Position numbers and translations under genes: made by a program. The notes under the pieces were generated by a model, which was given only the letters and a program-made list of their open reading frames with translations, ran no database searches and had not been told where the DNA came from. A stretch of DNA of 64,000 bases from Fibrobacterales bacterium. GTDB taxonomy: Bacteria; Fibrobacterota; Fibrobacteria; Fibrobacterales; JAOPTW01. The DNA lies in contig JAOPTW010000033.1 of the NCBI GenBank assembly GCA_051532035.1, positions 1 to 64,000 of the forward strand, written 5' to 3'. Positions 48,176-58,187 of this stretch are shown in pieces (positions within the stretch are counted from its first letter, which is position 1; every line of letters begins with the position of its first letter).

Positions 48176-49314
48176 TAGTACGCCTCCTGTGGGTACTATT
48201 GCTGACACTGGTTGTTGTGTCTGCCGAAACCCTAACAGTAGAAGGCACCGGGTGGGGTGTATCAGAGAATGAAGCAATTATGCAGGCGAAACGCGATGCT
48301 CTCGCACGTGGAATAGGTCAGCTGCTCGTCAGTAAAACTGAAGTTGAAAATTTTATGGTCAAGAGGGATCAGATTATTTCTCAAACTTTAGGACATGTAA
48401 AAAAAATTGAAGTTCTCTCAACAAAGCGTGCTGCTGACAGTTCTTTTGAAGTTACCATACGTGCTGAAGTGTCAAAAGAGGGCATTTCAACAGATGTGGC
48501 AGCTCTTCTTCTCTTAAAAGATGCCATTGGAAACCCTCGCATTGCTATGCTCATAGATGAAAAAGCCATTGGAGCTCCAGGTGAATCGGTTAATTTAACT
48601 GAGACACTTCTGATAGACTTCTTTAAAAGTCGTGGATTTGAAGTGGTGGATCCATCCTATGCTTTAGCCTTTCGTGAGAGTGAAAAAGGCGCAGAGGCAA
48701 TGGCAGGGAATCCCGAGATGGCTGCAGAACTGGGCGCTCAACTCAATGCAGATATGATTATTGTGGGCAAGGTTGTTGCAAGGGAATCTGATGTGTCTCA
48801 CATAAAGGCTTTTACCAACTCGTCAATGAAGTCGGCGAGCGCGAATGTCTCACTAAAAGCGATACACGTCTTATCTCGACAAGTGGCTGCGGCTAAGAAG
48901 GTCGATGCGCCAGCAATTCATGTGAATACTCACACAGCGGGTAACCGGGCGATTGAAAAGGCTGTGTCCAAACTTCTTGAGGGCAAGAAAAAAACTGAAG
49001 AATCATTTTTTGATGCCCTTGTGACCTCTTGGAAATCTTCGGCAAATGATGGGGCGCTTTTTAGGCTCACCGTTTCAGGGGTTACATCTTATGCGATAAG
49101 TAAAAAAGTGACTGAGGTACTGAATGGATCAATAGGAGAGTCTTATAGGCCGCGTTCTTATAAAAAACCCGTTGTAGAGGGTGATCTAATCTTTATTGGG
49201 AGCTCTAGCGATTTGTGTGATAAATTAGATGGGAAGCCCGTCACTAAAAAGAACATTTTGAGTGTAGAAAAGTGCGCTCATTCAGAGGTTTTTCTCAATC
49301 TCATTAAAAAGTAG
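48172..49314 (+). CDS. Exported FlgT-N / CsgG-like domain protein
   Basis: Signal peptide; VEGTG...A...AKRDAL; GFEVVD...LNADMIIVGKV; ATGA overlap. Confidence 0.55.
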   Translation: MIVRLLWVLLLTLVVVSAETLTVEGTGWGVSENEAIMQAKRDALARGIGQLLVSKTEVENFMVKRDQIISQTLGHVKKIEVLSTKRAADSSFEVTIRAEVSKEGISTDVAALLLLKDAIGNPRIAMLIDEKAIGAPGESVNLTETLLIDFFKSRGFEVVDPSYALAFRESEKGAEAMAGNPEMAAELGAQLNADMIIVGKVVARESDVSHIKAFTNSSMKSASANVSLKAIHVLSRQVAAAKKVDAPAIHVNTHTAGNRAIEKAVSKLLEGKKKTEESFFDALVTSWKSSANDGALFRLTVSGVTSYAISKKVTEVLNGSIGESYRPRSYKKPVVEGDLIFIGSSSDLCDKLDGKPVTKKNILSVEKCAHSEVFLNLIKK

Positions 49315-49390
49315 TAGCTCTCTAAAATTAAGCGCTTTACACTCAAAAGGATATTTGTATATTCTTATAATAAGATGAGGAGAGAGCGAT

Positions 49391-49738
49391 ATGCCTTCAA
49401 AAATGAGTGAAAGTGATATTGATGATATTGCTTTGCAGAATGCAAATATTATTAATCAACAATATAATTCTGTACATGATGCTAAAAAAAGTAAACGGGG
49501 TGGTATAGCTTATTTAAAAAGTCATAGCATCTGTATTCTTCGTAAGGGGGATCGTGAAGAGTGGTGGTTTCGACTCCCTCGCGAATTCAAGTATAGTATC
49601 GGCATGCAATACGATGAGATTCATGAATGGCTTGTACAAAATAACAAACCCTGTTCAGCTGACGTATTTTTTAACCAGTTTCTTAATCCTGGTCGTTTTT
49701 CCGGGCCTGAACTTGAACAATTGAATACCACAAGCTAG
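49391..49738 (+). CDS. Hypothetical protein
   Basis: ORF with GAGGAG RBS filling the gap; no family recognised. Confidence 0.6.
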   Translation: MPSKMSESDIDDIALQNANIINQQYNSVHDAKKSKRGGIAYLKSHSICILRKGDREEWWFRLPREFKYSIGMQYDEIHEWLVQNNKPCSADVFFNQFLNPGRFSGPELEQLNTTS

Positions 49739-49831
49739 ACTCTTTTTAATAGTATAGATCTAATTGTCACATTCGTGGTTACCAAATTACATTTTCAATA
49801 CGTCTAATAGAAAACAGATTTAATAAGACGT

Positions 49832-51355
49832 ATGAAAAACCTAGACCATTTAATATCCCAATGTAATACTCCTCAAAAAGAAGCGGTCTTGTTTGATCAT
49901 GCTCATGGGCCACTTCTCATTTTAGCAGGCGCAGGTACGGGTAAAACAACCGTGCTCACTCTTCGTATTGCCCATCTTTGTACCGCTGGAGTCAATCCAA
50001 GTACCATTGTAGCCCTTACCTTTACTCAAAAGGCGGCAATTGAGATGCGAGAACGACTTGAGCCTCTGATTGCACCTCTTATCACTCCTGCATTAAAGGG
50101 TGGTGTATTGAATCGTGTGGAGCTACCCACGGCAGCAACATTTCACTCCTTTGCCTATTCTCTTTTAAAGGACACTATTAATGGTACTCCCAATTACCAA
50201 AGAGTAGGGTTTAGTGCTATACCAAGAGTGGCAGAACAGGAGGAATTGAGGCGTGCGTTACAGAATGGTGAATCATTGCAGAGCGCCTCCCTTAAAACTG
50301 ATAGTGGCGATGAGAGAGAAAAGGTCATTGAAAACCCATTTTGTTTGGAGCAGCCTGATAGGAGTAGTGCTCGTATACTTACAGAGTGGTGTCGGCTCAA
50401 TAATGCACTCCCTTTTGAAAGTATGATTTCATTGACTCGGGTACTGCTCATGGATACCGAAGTTCAAAGGTGGTATCATCGCAGGTACAGTCATATTCTT
50501 GTTGACGAGTATCAGGATGTTAATATGAATCAATATTTGTTAAGCCGGCAGCTTATTGGAAATCGTCAAACTCTCTTTGTTGTAGGAGATGATGATCAAG
50601 CGATTTATGGGTTTAGGGGTGCGGATGTACGTAATATTCTGGCCTTTAAAAGTGATTATCCGCGGGCGCATATTATTAAGCTTGAACACAACTATCGTTC
50701 AACGCAACCTATTATCACGTTGGCGAATCGCATATTTGCTGATAAGTCGCCTGAGTTTAGGAAGGAGTTACTGGTAGGGTCCCAGCGTGACACATCACTC
50801 TTTAGAGCATCAAAGCCAGTATGCCGAATAGATTTACCCTCAGGAATAGCTGAACTTCTTTGGATTCAAAGAACGATTACACACCTTCGAGAAGGCCATG
50901 GTATTTCCTATAGTGATTGTGCAATTCTTGCGCGATTAAATAGTCAAGTGTCTTACTATACGGAAGGGCTTAAGTATTTGAACGTCCCTGTAAAAGAGAG
51001 CAAAGAGATCGAGGATGATGCTGTTGTTATCCAAACAGTCCATGCATCTAAGGGGTTGCAGTACCCTGTAGTATTCTATGGAGGGGTTTCAAATGACCTT
51101 ACTCCACTAAAGAATAGTGCTGAAGAGAGCGATAGTGATGAGGATGAAGAGCGTCGCGTCTTTTATGTTGGTGTCACTCGAGCGGAGTCTCTCCTGTATC
51201 TTCTCCATACATCTAAGAGAGTTTTTAATAATAGAGCGAGGAAGTTTACTCCCTCGCTGTTTCTGAAATACTTGTTTGAATCACTGCATCAAAAAATACA
51301 GCGAAAGGTTCACTATGCTTTGAGTGCATCGTCAACAGCGTCTACAAGGCTTTGA
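49832..51355 (+). CDS. Compact UvrD/PcrA-family SF1A helicase
   Basis: AGAGTGKT, DEYQD, GDDDQAIYGFRGA, NYRS, TVHASKGLQ, EERRVFYVGVTRA. Confidence 0.9.
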   Translation: MKNLDHLISQCNTPQKEAVLFDHAHGPLLILAGAGTGKTTVLTLRIAHLCTAGVNPSTIVALTFTQKAAIEMRERLEPLIAPLITPALKGGVLNRVELPTAATFHSFAYSLLKDTINGTPNYQRVGFSAIPRVAEQEELRRALQNGESLQSASLKTDSGDEREKVIENPFCLEQPDRSSARILTEWCRLNNALPFESMISLTRVLLMDTEVQRWYHRRYSHILVDEYQDVNMNQYLLSRQLIGNRQTLFVVGDDDQAIYGFRGADVRNILAFKSDYPRAHIIKLEHNYRSTQPIITLANRIFADKSPEFRKELLVGSQRDTSLFRASKPVCRIDLPSGIAELLWIQRTITHLREGHGISYSDCAILARLNSQVSYYTEGLKYLNVPVKESKEIEDDAVVIQTVHASKGLQYPVVFYGGVSNDLTPLKNSAEESDSDEDEERRVFYVGVTRAESLLYLLHTSKRVFNNRARKFTPSLFLKYLFESLHQKIQRKVHYALSASSTASTRL

Positions 51356-51672
51356 CGATTAACGCCACTATGGCTATCGTGCCAAATAACATCACCATTT
51401 TTTAAAAGAATTACTTGTGGGGATTCGTGCTTTATTGAGAAGGATGCCGCTATTTCTTTTGAAACAGGACGCGCACCAATAACATTCACTTGATAGAGAT
51501 TGACTTTATCGTGCAATTCTGGGTTTTCGTCGATAAAAACATTGAATTCGTTTTGCGAGTAGTGACTCACAGGGCAAACAGGTGAGTATTTCAAAATAAG
51601 AGTAGGACGTTCGAGACTACTTTGCATCGCTTCGGGAATATGTGATAATTCCGTCATTTCTTGTAAAACCAT
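51313..51672 (-). CDS. ytxJ: YtxJ/BrxC-like monothiol thioredoxin-fold protein
   Basis: LKYSPVCPVS, IKHESPQ, WHDSH. Confidence 0.8.
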   Translation of the reverse strand: MVLQEMTELSHIPEAMQSSLERPTLILKYSPVCPVSHYSQNEFNVFIDENPELHDKVNLYQVNVIGARPVSKEIAASFSIKHESPQVILLKNGDVIWHDSHSGVNRQSLVDAVDDALKA

Positions 51673-51793
51673 GGTATGTTCCTGATTATGTTGTGCTGAA
51701 AATATATATTTTGGAAGCGCCCCAGTCCTGCTAATCGTACTGTGAACTATAAGGGCGGATAAATATTACAAAGTTTTAATATAAGGGTATACC

Positions 51794-53581
51794 ATGTTGA
51801 CCTTTTTTCGTTTTTTGCCTCTCTGTGTAACACTACTCGTTGGATTCAGTGGGTGTATCTTTGAGAGTGAAGCTGACAACACTCCATCTGGAGAGGTAGT
51901 TTTAAGTAGTGTCTCTGGCCAAGGGGCGGTGAGTAGTTCTTCTAATCAATTGGCAGTGAGTAGTGCCCTTACCATACCCGGTGTAACACTTCCAACTCCT
52001 CCTGTATATCACGTGGATGAATATCAGTATTTAAGCACATTACAGAATACTCTGTTTGCGCCACTCTATGTGGATAGTGTTGTAGTTGATGGGGTCAAGG
52101 TCGATAGCATGTTTTATCAAGGTGCCCTAGTGGATTCGGTACCCGGAGGAACCCTTGTTGTTATAGCGCGCCCCAGTGATGACTTCCAAACAATACTTGC
52201 ATCTACGAGAGAACAACTGAATAATTGTGCGCCAAATATTGCCACTCGTTATAATACCGAGCGTATTGAGAAAATAATTGATACCCTCGATTTTTTCTTT
52301 CAGACAGCACAGGTGGGGGATGAGGCAGCGTTATACTATATCAATGCCATTGATACTTTAGGATTTGTCTCTCAAAACTGTGTGAATCAGGATCCTATAT
52401 TGGCTGAAGCCTATACGATACTTGCAAAGGAATATCTCTATAGAGAGGACATAAAACCGTTTGAGGAGTATACAACGATTGATGAGCTTTTTGCGGGGCT
52501 GTCAGATAGGTTCACAGAATATGTGCCTGCAACGCCCAACCTTACCCAGCAACAGACCCAGTGGCTTGCCCCAGTAACCCCTGGTATTATTGGTATTACC
52601 TATCAGAGTGATGGGAATGCCGTCGATGGAACTGATACGTTGATAGTAAGTGATGTATTTCCCTTTTCACCGGCAGAACGTGCGGGAATGCTTAAGGGTG
52701 ATAGGATTATTCGAGTCAATGACTCTCTTGTTGTAGCAACGGGGAATAATATTAACCGATTCAGAGCGTTTTCTGAGGGTAAAGAGGGAACAGTACTCAC
52801 TTTTGAACTCCTTCGGGGGGACTCACTCCTTACTCTTACAGTTACCAAAGAGAATATCAGAGTACCAACAGTTTGGGTCGATTCAATAAATGGCTTAGGG
52901 ATGATATCAGTAGATCGATTCTCTTCTTTAACATATGATCCAAATGGTCAAGGGACCTACTCTGAGTTTAAGGATGCGCTTATTAAAACAGCCCACTTTC
53001 CTCATACTATTATTGATTTTGAGAACAATGGAGGTGGTGTAGTGTCGCAATGTACTAACATGGCTGATGAGCTTGTTAAAGGGGAACTCCTCTATAAAAT
53101 TAAATATATGGATGAGGGAATATTGATTAATGAAGATGTTCCTGCAACAATTGGTGGCCTTGGAGAAGAGCGAAGCTTCTCATTTCTTGCAAATAAAGGG
53201 AGTGCAAGTTGTACCGAAATCTTTCTTATCGCTGTTACAGAAAATCGACCGGATAAGATTTATGGAACCACTACCTATGGAAAGGGAATTGGCCAAGGGA
53301 TCTTTCTCCTCGAAGGTGGACTTGGTGGAACAGTAAAGGTGACCTCAACAGAGTTTTTAGGGCCTTTAGGCACTTCATACCACATCAAGGGTATCGTCCC
53401 CCATGTGGAAGTAACTTTAGGGGTGAGTGCTTTGGATAAGGCACTTGAAGCCTATGCCATTGAAAATACGCCCCTTCAGACACAAAAACGTTCAATGGGA
53501 ACATTATCTGAGTCAATTGAGAAAAATTGGGAGTATGAGCGTTTTACTGAGCCAGTTTTAGTAAATGACCTAAAAAAATAG
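51794..53581 (+). CDS. S41 (CtpA-like) PDZ protease lipoprotein, paralog 1
   Basis: Lipobox FSGC; PDZ SPAERAG..KGD; D...NGGG, SASCTE, TYGKG. Confidence 0.85.
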   Translation: MLTFFRFLPLCVTLLVGFSGCIFESEADNTPSGEVVLSSVSGQGAVSSSSNQLAVSSALTIPGVTLPTPPVYHVDEYQYLSTLQNTLFAPLYVDSVVVDGVKVDSMFYQGALVDSVPGGTLVVIARPSDDFQTILASTREQLNNCAPNIATRYNTERIEKIIDTLDFFFQTAQVGDEAALYYINAIDTLGFVSQNCVNQDPILAEAYTILAKEYLYREDIKPFEEYTTIDELFAGLSDRFTEYVPATPNLTQQQTQWLAPVTPGIIGITYQSDGNAVDGTDTLIVSDVFPFSPAERAGMLKGDRIIRVNDSLVVATGNNINRFRAFSEGKEGTVLTFELLRGDSLLTLTVTKENIRVPTVWVDSINGLGMISVDRFSSLTYDPNGQGTYSEFKDALIKTAHFPHTIIDFENNGGGVVSQCTNMADELVKGELLYKIKYMDEGILINEDVPATIGGLGEERSFSFLANKGSASCTEIFLIAVTENRPDKIYGTTTYGKGIGQGIFLLEGGLGGTVKVTSTEFLGPLGTSYHIKGIVPHVEVTLGVSALDKALEAYAIENTPLQTQKRSMGTLSESIEKNWEYERFTEPVLVNDLKK

Positions 53582-53701
53582 AGTATAGTGCTCACAGTTT
53601 GTGAACTGTAATTGATCATTTTCAGAGTACTTTTTTCGGTGTCACTTTGGAAATTATATATTATAACTAAGACATATGATTGATTGTGCCCTTAGGAGGG
53701 T

Positions 53702-55417
53702 TTGGTGGAGTTTTTAATATCTAAAATGATTCGTAGTATTGCTTTGGTAGGAGTGACTGTTCTTTCGTCATGCCTGCTTTTAGAGACTGAATCAAATACA
53801 AAATATCCTGGTGAATCAGTTGTGTATGATCTTGAAGATCATACTGTTTTTAAAAGCGATACTAAAAAGATGTTTCTTCGCTTAAAAGCTGATAGTGTAC
53901 TCGTTGATGGGGTAATGAGTGATAGTATGTATTACCGAGGCTCAAGGGTTGATAGCGTCGAAGTGGGCTATTTCAAAATCGTTGCCCTGCCAGCACCGGG
54001 AGGAGTAGAGCGTCTTGATTCTGCCTATAGTGCTATTTCACAGTGTGAGTCATGGCAATACACGAATAGCAAGCAAGCACGCCTGTTAACAGTTGTCGAT
54101 ACGCTTCGAGGGTTTTATGACACCGTAGCAATTGGTCAAGTGTATGATCTCTATTATCGTAATGCGATTGATTCAATATCAGCAGCAGAGAATTTTTGCA
54201 AAAATCGAGAGGGTATTTTAGCAGAAACGTATAACTTACTTTTGAATGAATACCTCTATGACCAGGACCTTAAGCCATATAACTCTTATAGTAATGTGGA
54301 ATTTATGTTCGATGGGTTAAGTGATCGCTTTACCAGTTATAGAAAGCCGACCCCTAATCCTACTCAGCAGCAAACCCAATGGCTTGCACCGGTCACTCCA
54401 GGGAAAATAGGCATAAAATATGTCAATACGGGAAGTGTTGCAAAACAGACTGATACCTTGGTCATTACCGAGGTCTACCCCATGTCACCAGCTGAGGATG
54501 CAGGCCTGTTGAAGGGTGACAAAATATTGAGTGTTGATTCAGTGGCGGTATTTAGTACCGGTGATAATCTTACACTATTTAATGAACTTACAAAAGGTGA
54601 AGCAGGTAAGACAATTCTTTTTGAAATTAAGCGAAGTGGGACCACCTTTTTTACTTCGGCAACAAAGGATAATATCCGCGTGCCAACGGTATGGGTCGAT
54701 TCGGTTTTTACTGGGTGGTCAAATGTAATCAAGGCTATCGGGCTCATTGAAATAGATCGATTCTCAACAAAAACTTATGATCCAAATGCAGAAGGTACCA
54801 AATCAGAATTTAAAATTGCCTTGGCAAAAACGGCCCACTTTGAGCACACCATTATTGATTTTAGAAGTAATGGTGGGGGTGTGGTGTCTCAGTGTACTGA
54901 AATGGCTGATGAGCTTGTGGCAGGTGGGATTTTGTACAGAAGAAACTCAATGTATGAAGGTAAAAAATATAGCTCAGCTGTAGAAGGTTCACTTGGCGGC
55001 CTTGGTGAGAACCGGAGATTTACTTTTTTAGTAAATGGTGGTAGTGCAAGCTGTACCGAAATTTTTCTTATCGCTATTCGTGAAAACAGAGGAGACACCA
55101 TTATTGGTGATACAACTTATGGCAAAGGTATTGGGCAAGGTATTCATCAAATTAATGAAGGCCTTGGCGGCTCAGCAAAAGTAACGTCGAGTGAGTATAT
55201 CGGTAAATTAGGCACGGTGTACCATCTCAAAGGAATTGTGCCAGATATTGTTATCGAAAAGGACCAAGATGCTATGGATGTTGCTATTGAATTACTGGCT
55301 GGTTCTTTAAAGATAACGCAAAAGCGGTCAATGACTCCCCCGAGACAACACTCTGAAACAGAGTATATTCCAGAGGAAGAACCCTATCTTATCGATGACA
55401 TGCTGAAGCCTCAGTAG
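53702..55417 (+). CDS. S41 (CtpA-like) PDZ protease lipoprotein, paralog 2
   Basis: Lipobox LSSC; SPAEDAG..KGD; DFRSNGGG, SASCTE, TYGKG; start may be 53726. Confidence 0.85.
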   Translation: MVEFLISKMIRSIALVGVTVLSSCLLLETESNTKYPGESVVYDLEDHTVFKSDTKKMFLRLKADSVLVDGVMSDSMYYRGSRVDSVEVGYFKIVALPAPGGVERLDSAYSAISQCESWQYTNSKQARLLTVVDTLRGFYDTVAIGQVYDLYYRNAIDSISAAENFCKNREGILAETYNLLLNEYLYDQDLKPYNSYSNVEFMFDGLSDRFTSYRKPTPNPTQQQTQWLAPVTPGKIGIKYVNTGSVAKQTDTLVITEVYPMSPAEDAGLLKGDKILSVDSVAVFSTGDNLTLFNELTKGEAGKTILFEIKRSGTTFFTSATKDNIRVPTVWVDSVFTGWSNVIKAIGLIEIDRFSTKTYDPNAEGTKSEFKIALAKTAHFEHTIIDFRSNGGGVVSQCTEMADELVAGGILYRRNSMYEGKKYSSAVEGSLGGLGENRRFTFLVNGGSASCTEIFLIAIRENRGDTIIGDTTYGKGIGQGIHQINEGLGGSAKVTSSEYIGKLGTVYHLKGIVPDIVIEKDQDAMDVAIELLAGSLKITQKRSMTPPRQHSETEYIPEEEPYLIDDMLKPQ

Positions 55418-55418
55418 T

Positions 55419-56420
55419 TTATTCAATGATATCATAAACCAGGTCTTCAAGCTCCTGGTTTCTGTTCTCTACAAAATAGCGCCAGACTTGCTCAAGGTTT
55501 TTTCTGCGAATGAACATGAAGTAGGTTTGGGGGATAGAGTTTTTACACCCGTATACAAATTCAATTTTAAAATCCCGTTCAATAACACTGTCGAGAATAA
55601 TTCTTATTTTGAGAGGGGTGTAGAATTGGTTGGGCGTAATTTTAATTCCCGGTTTTGATATTAAATGACGAAACTGTTTAATCTTACTCAGGTCAAAAAA
55701 GTTGTCATGATCATTGAGTTTGAGATACTCTTTTTGATCATCGTTAATACTGCATATAATAGTTGAGTTGAGGAATATCTCTTCGGAGGTTACCATGCCG
55801 ATATTTTGGAGTTGAATACTCACGATAATATCAACCTTTTCCTCATAGATGATGGGCGGTTCAATAAGATAGTTGTGGGTTAATATTGGCGCTGGGTGCC
55901 CCCCAAACATCTTAGAGAGCATTATGTGTGGGATAGAGACAAAGGTGGCGCCAGAACGCATAAAATACTTTTCATTGTAGAGCGATCGTAGTGGTTCCCC
56001 TTGAAGTTTTGGGATATACGAGACCATGATGCCGTCGTCATCACCAGTGGCAATGTCAATGTTTTCAATTCCAGCATTGATGGGAATGGTTAAGCCAGAT
56101 ACCAGTGAATCCATCCAACTTCTGTAACGCTTAATGTTGTGAATTGCATGAATTTCTGTAGGGACATCTTTATCATCAACTTTGTTGCGAGCACACTCTA
56201 CACCCCATATAATAAGCCCCCCTTCGGTGTTCGAAAAGCCCGATATTGCCTTGGATAAATTCCCTCGATCAGTTTTATGAATGTGTTTATTGCCCCCGTT
56301 GTCGGCAGAACGCTTATAGTCAAGATAGAGCTCTTCAGAAACTTCATCTTCAATCATTTTGTGGATATAGCGTAAGCCATCTCGTTTAATATTGTCAAAT
56401 AACTCTTCTGCACGTCCCAT
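55419..56420 (-). CDS. Schlafen/AlbA_2 domain protein with unknown C-terminal domain
   Basis: SEELYLDYK, ISGFSNTEGGLIIWGV, YFMRSG; start may be 56483. Confidence 0.8.
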   Translation of the reverse strand: MGRAEELFDNIKRDGLRYIHKMIEDEVSEELYLDYKRSADNGGNKHIHKTDRGNLSKAISGFSNTEGGLIIWGVECARNKVDDKDVPTEIHAIHNIKRYRSWMDSLVSGLTIPINAGIENIDIATGDDDGIMVSYIPKLQGEPLRSLYNEKYFMRSGATFVSIPHIMLSKMFGGHPAPILTHNYLIEPPIIYEEKVDIIVSIQLQNIGMVTSEEIFLNSTIICSINDDQKEYLKLNDHDNFFDLSKIKQFRHLISKPGIKITPNQFYTPLKIRIILDSVIERDFKIEFVYGCKNSIPQTYFMFIRRKNLEQVWRYFVENRNQELEDLVYDIIE

Positions 56421-56639
56421 AGGTACCCCGGAAGTCTTACTTTTAATATAAGCAAATATTGATTGGGGTTCGATAAAAGTCATAGAATTATTGTAATTTG
56501 TGTAGTTGATTGGGGAGATTGGGGTACATTCAGTTCAAATGTGTTTTTAATGAATGGCATTTTGATATTGGTCTCATACAAAAATCGTTCTTTGGGCTGT
56601 TTTTCTATCTTAATATCATAATACTCTTATAGGTATACA

Positions 56640-57206
56640 ATGGAATTTCTCTCTCAACCTTGGCCGTGGTATGTTGCGGGTCCCTTAATTGTCCTTACAA
56701 TGTTTCTCCTTCAGTGGCTCGGAAAGCGCTTTGGTATTTCGTCGGTTCTCGAAACAACCTGTACAATTGCAGGTGCTGGGAAAGTGTCTGACTATTTTAA
56801 AACGGATTGGAAAAAAGAGTACTGGAACTATCTCTTTATTTTGGGAGGCATTCTTGGCGGGGTTATCTCTCATACTTTTTTAAATAATGGTACTGGCCCC
56901 GCAATTTCTGCTGAGACTAAGAGTGACTTAATGGCACTGGGTATTACGCAGTTTGATCAATTGGTTCCTGTTGAACTCTTTTCTGTAGAGATGCTCTCAA
57001 CACCTGTTGGACTTATGCTTATGATCGGCGGTGGTTTTTTGGTAGGATTTGGTACCCGTTATGCAGGTGGGTGCACTTCGGGGCACTCAATTTCTGGAAT
57101 AGCAAACCTCCAGCGTTCATCAATAATTGCTACCATATTTTTCTTTGTAGGGGGCCTTGTGGCTACGCACCTACTCCTTCCTCTTATTCTTGGAGGTGCA
57201 TCATGA
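56640..57206 (+). CDS. YeeE/YedE-family sulfur-compound transporter half-subunit
   Basis: QPWPWY, FGISS, GFGTRYAGGCTSGH. Confidence 0.9.
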   Translation: MEFLSQPWPWYVAGPLIVLTMFLLQWLGKRFGISSVLETTCTIAGAGKVSDYFKTDWKKEYWNYLFILGGILGGVISHTFLNNGTGPAISAETKSDLMALGITQFDQLVPVELFSVEMLSTPVGLMLMIGGGFLVGFGTRYAGGCTSGHSISGIANLQRSSIIATIFFFVGGLVATHLLLPLILGGAS

Positions 57207-57616
57207 AGTCACTTGCCTTTATTGCAGTAGGAATACTTTTCGGAATGGTTATGACTCAGGCCGAGATAATATCTTGGTTTCGTATACAAGAGATGTTTCG
57301 CTTTCAGGCATTTCATATGTACGGAGTGATTGGTTCCGCTGTTGCCCTAGGTATCGTAATGAATGCTCTCATTAAGAAGTTTGGTGTTAAGAGTGTGGAT
57401 GGATCAGAAATTGTACCCCCAACAAAGAACGGTACGATCATTCGCAATATTATAGGTGGCACGCTTTTTGGGATTGGATGGGCTTTTACGGGCGCCTGTC
57501 CAGGACCCCTCTTTGTACTTCTAGGTAATGGCCTCCCTCTATTTGGGGTTGTTATTATGAGTGCGATACTTGGTGCATTTACCTACGGGTGCTTTTCTAA
57601 AAAACTGCCAAAATAA
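57203..57616 (+). CDS. YeeE/YedE-family transporter second half-subunit
   Basis: SWFRIQEMFRFQ.FHMYG, FGIGWA.TGACPGP; ATGA overlap. Confidence 0.9.
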   Translation: MKSLAFIAVGILFGMVMTQAEIISWFRIQEMFRFQAFHMYGVIGSAVALGIVMNALIKKFGVKSVDGSEIVPPTKNGTIIRNIIGGTLFGIGWAFTGACPGPLFVLLGNGLPLFGVVIMSAILGAFTYGCFSKKLPK

Positions 57617-57632
57617 TTGTATATTTCTATGC

Positions 57633-58187
57633 ATGAAAATATTATTACTACTGATCTGTTTTACAGGGCTTATTTATAGTCACGAATTAGAAATGAGTGA
57701 CTCAACAGTTGTTGAACCAGTCATTGAAATAAGCTTTGGGTCGTCACTGCTTTATTTGGAACAGGATATTCTCACTGATGGGGTCGTTGATAGTGAGCGG
57801 CTCCCTGTTGCTTCAGTGGTTTTTCTCGCTGAATGGCTCTTCGCTAAAAACTGGTCACTTCCTTTGGCCATAAATATTCCAACAGAACCATCCCGACTTT
57901 TCAAAGATAGTGTCATGACAGAAGCACATGTCGCTTCCACTGTTGGAGCTGGGGTAACCTGGGTTCCTTTTCAATTTAAACCATTTGCAAGAGCCCAACT
58001 TAATCTACAAATTGGAGCCCTGATTTTTATGGATATAAATCCAAGGGATGAACGTGCATTCTATCTATTGCCCTTGTCGCGTATCCACATCGAGACCCCC
58101 AGTGGTTTTACACTATACTTTGGTGGGACCTATATTCCGACCCATCCTATTTTTGCCATAACCTATGGCGTGGGGCAACGATTTTGA
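57633..58187 (+). CDS. Putative small outer-membrane beta-barrel protein
   Basis: Signal peptide, amphipathic strands, C-terminal ITYGVGQRF; stop overlaps the kinase ATG. Confidence 0.55.
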   Translation: MKILLLLICFTGLIYSHELEMSDSTVVEPVIEISFGSSLLYLEQDILTDGVVDSERLPVASVVFLAEWLFAKNWSLPLAINIPTEPSRLFKDSVMTEAHVASTVGAGVTWVPFQFKPFARAQLNLQIGALIFMDINPRDERAFYLLPLSRIHIETPSGFTLYFGGTYIPTHPIFAITYGVGQRF

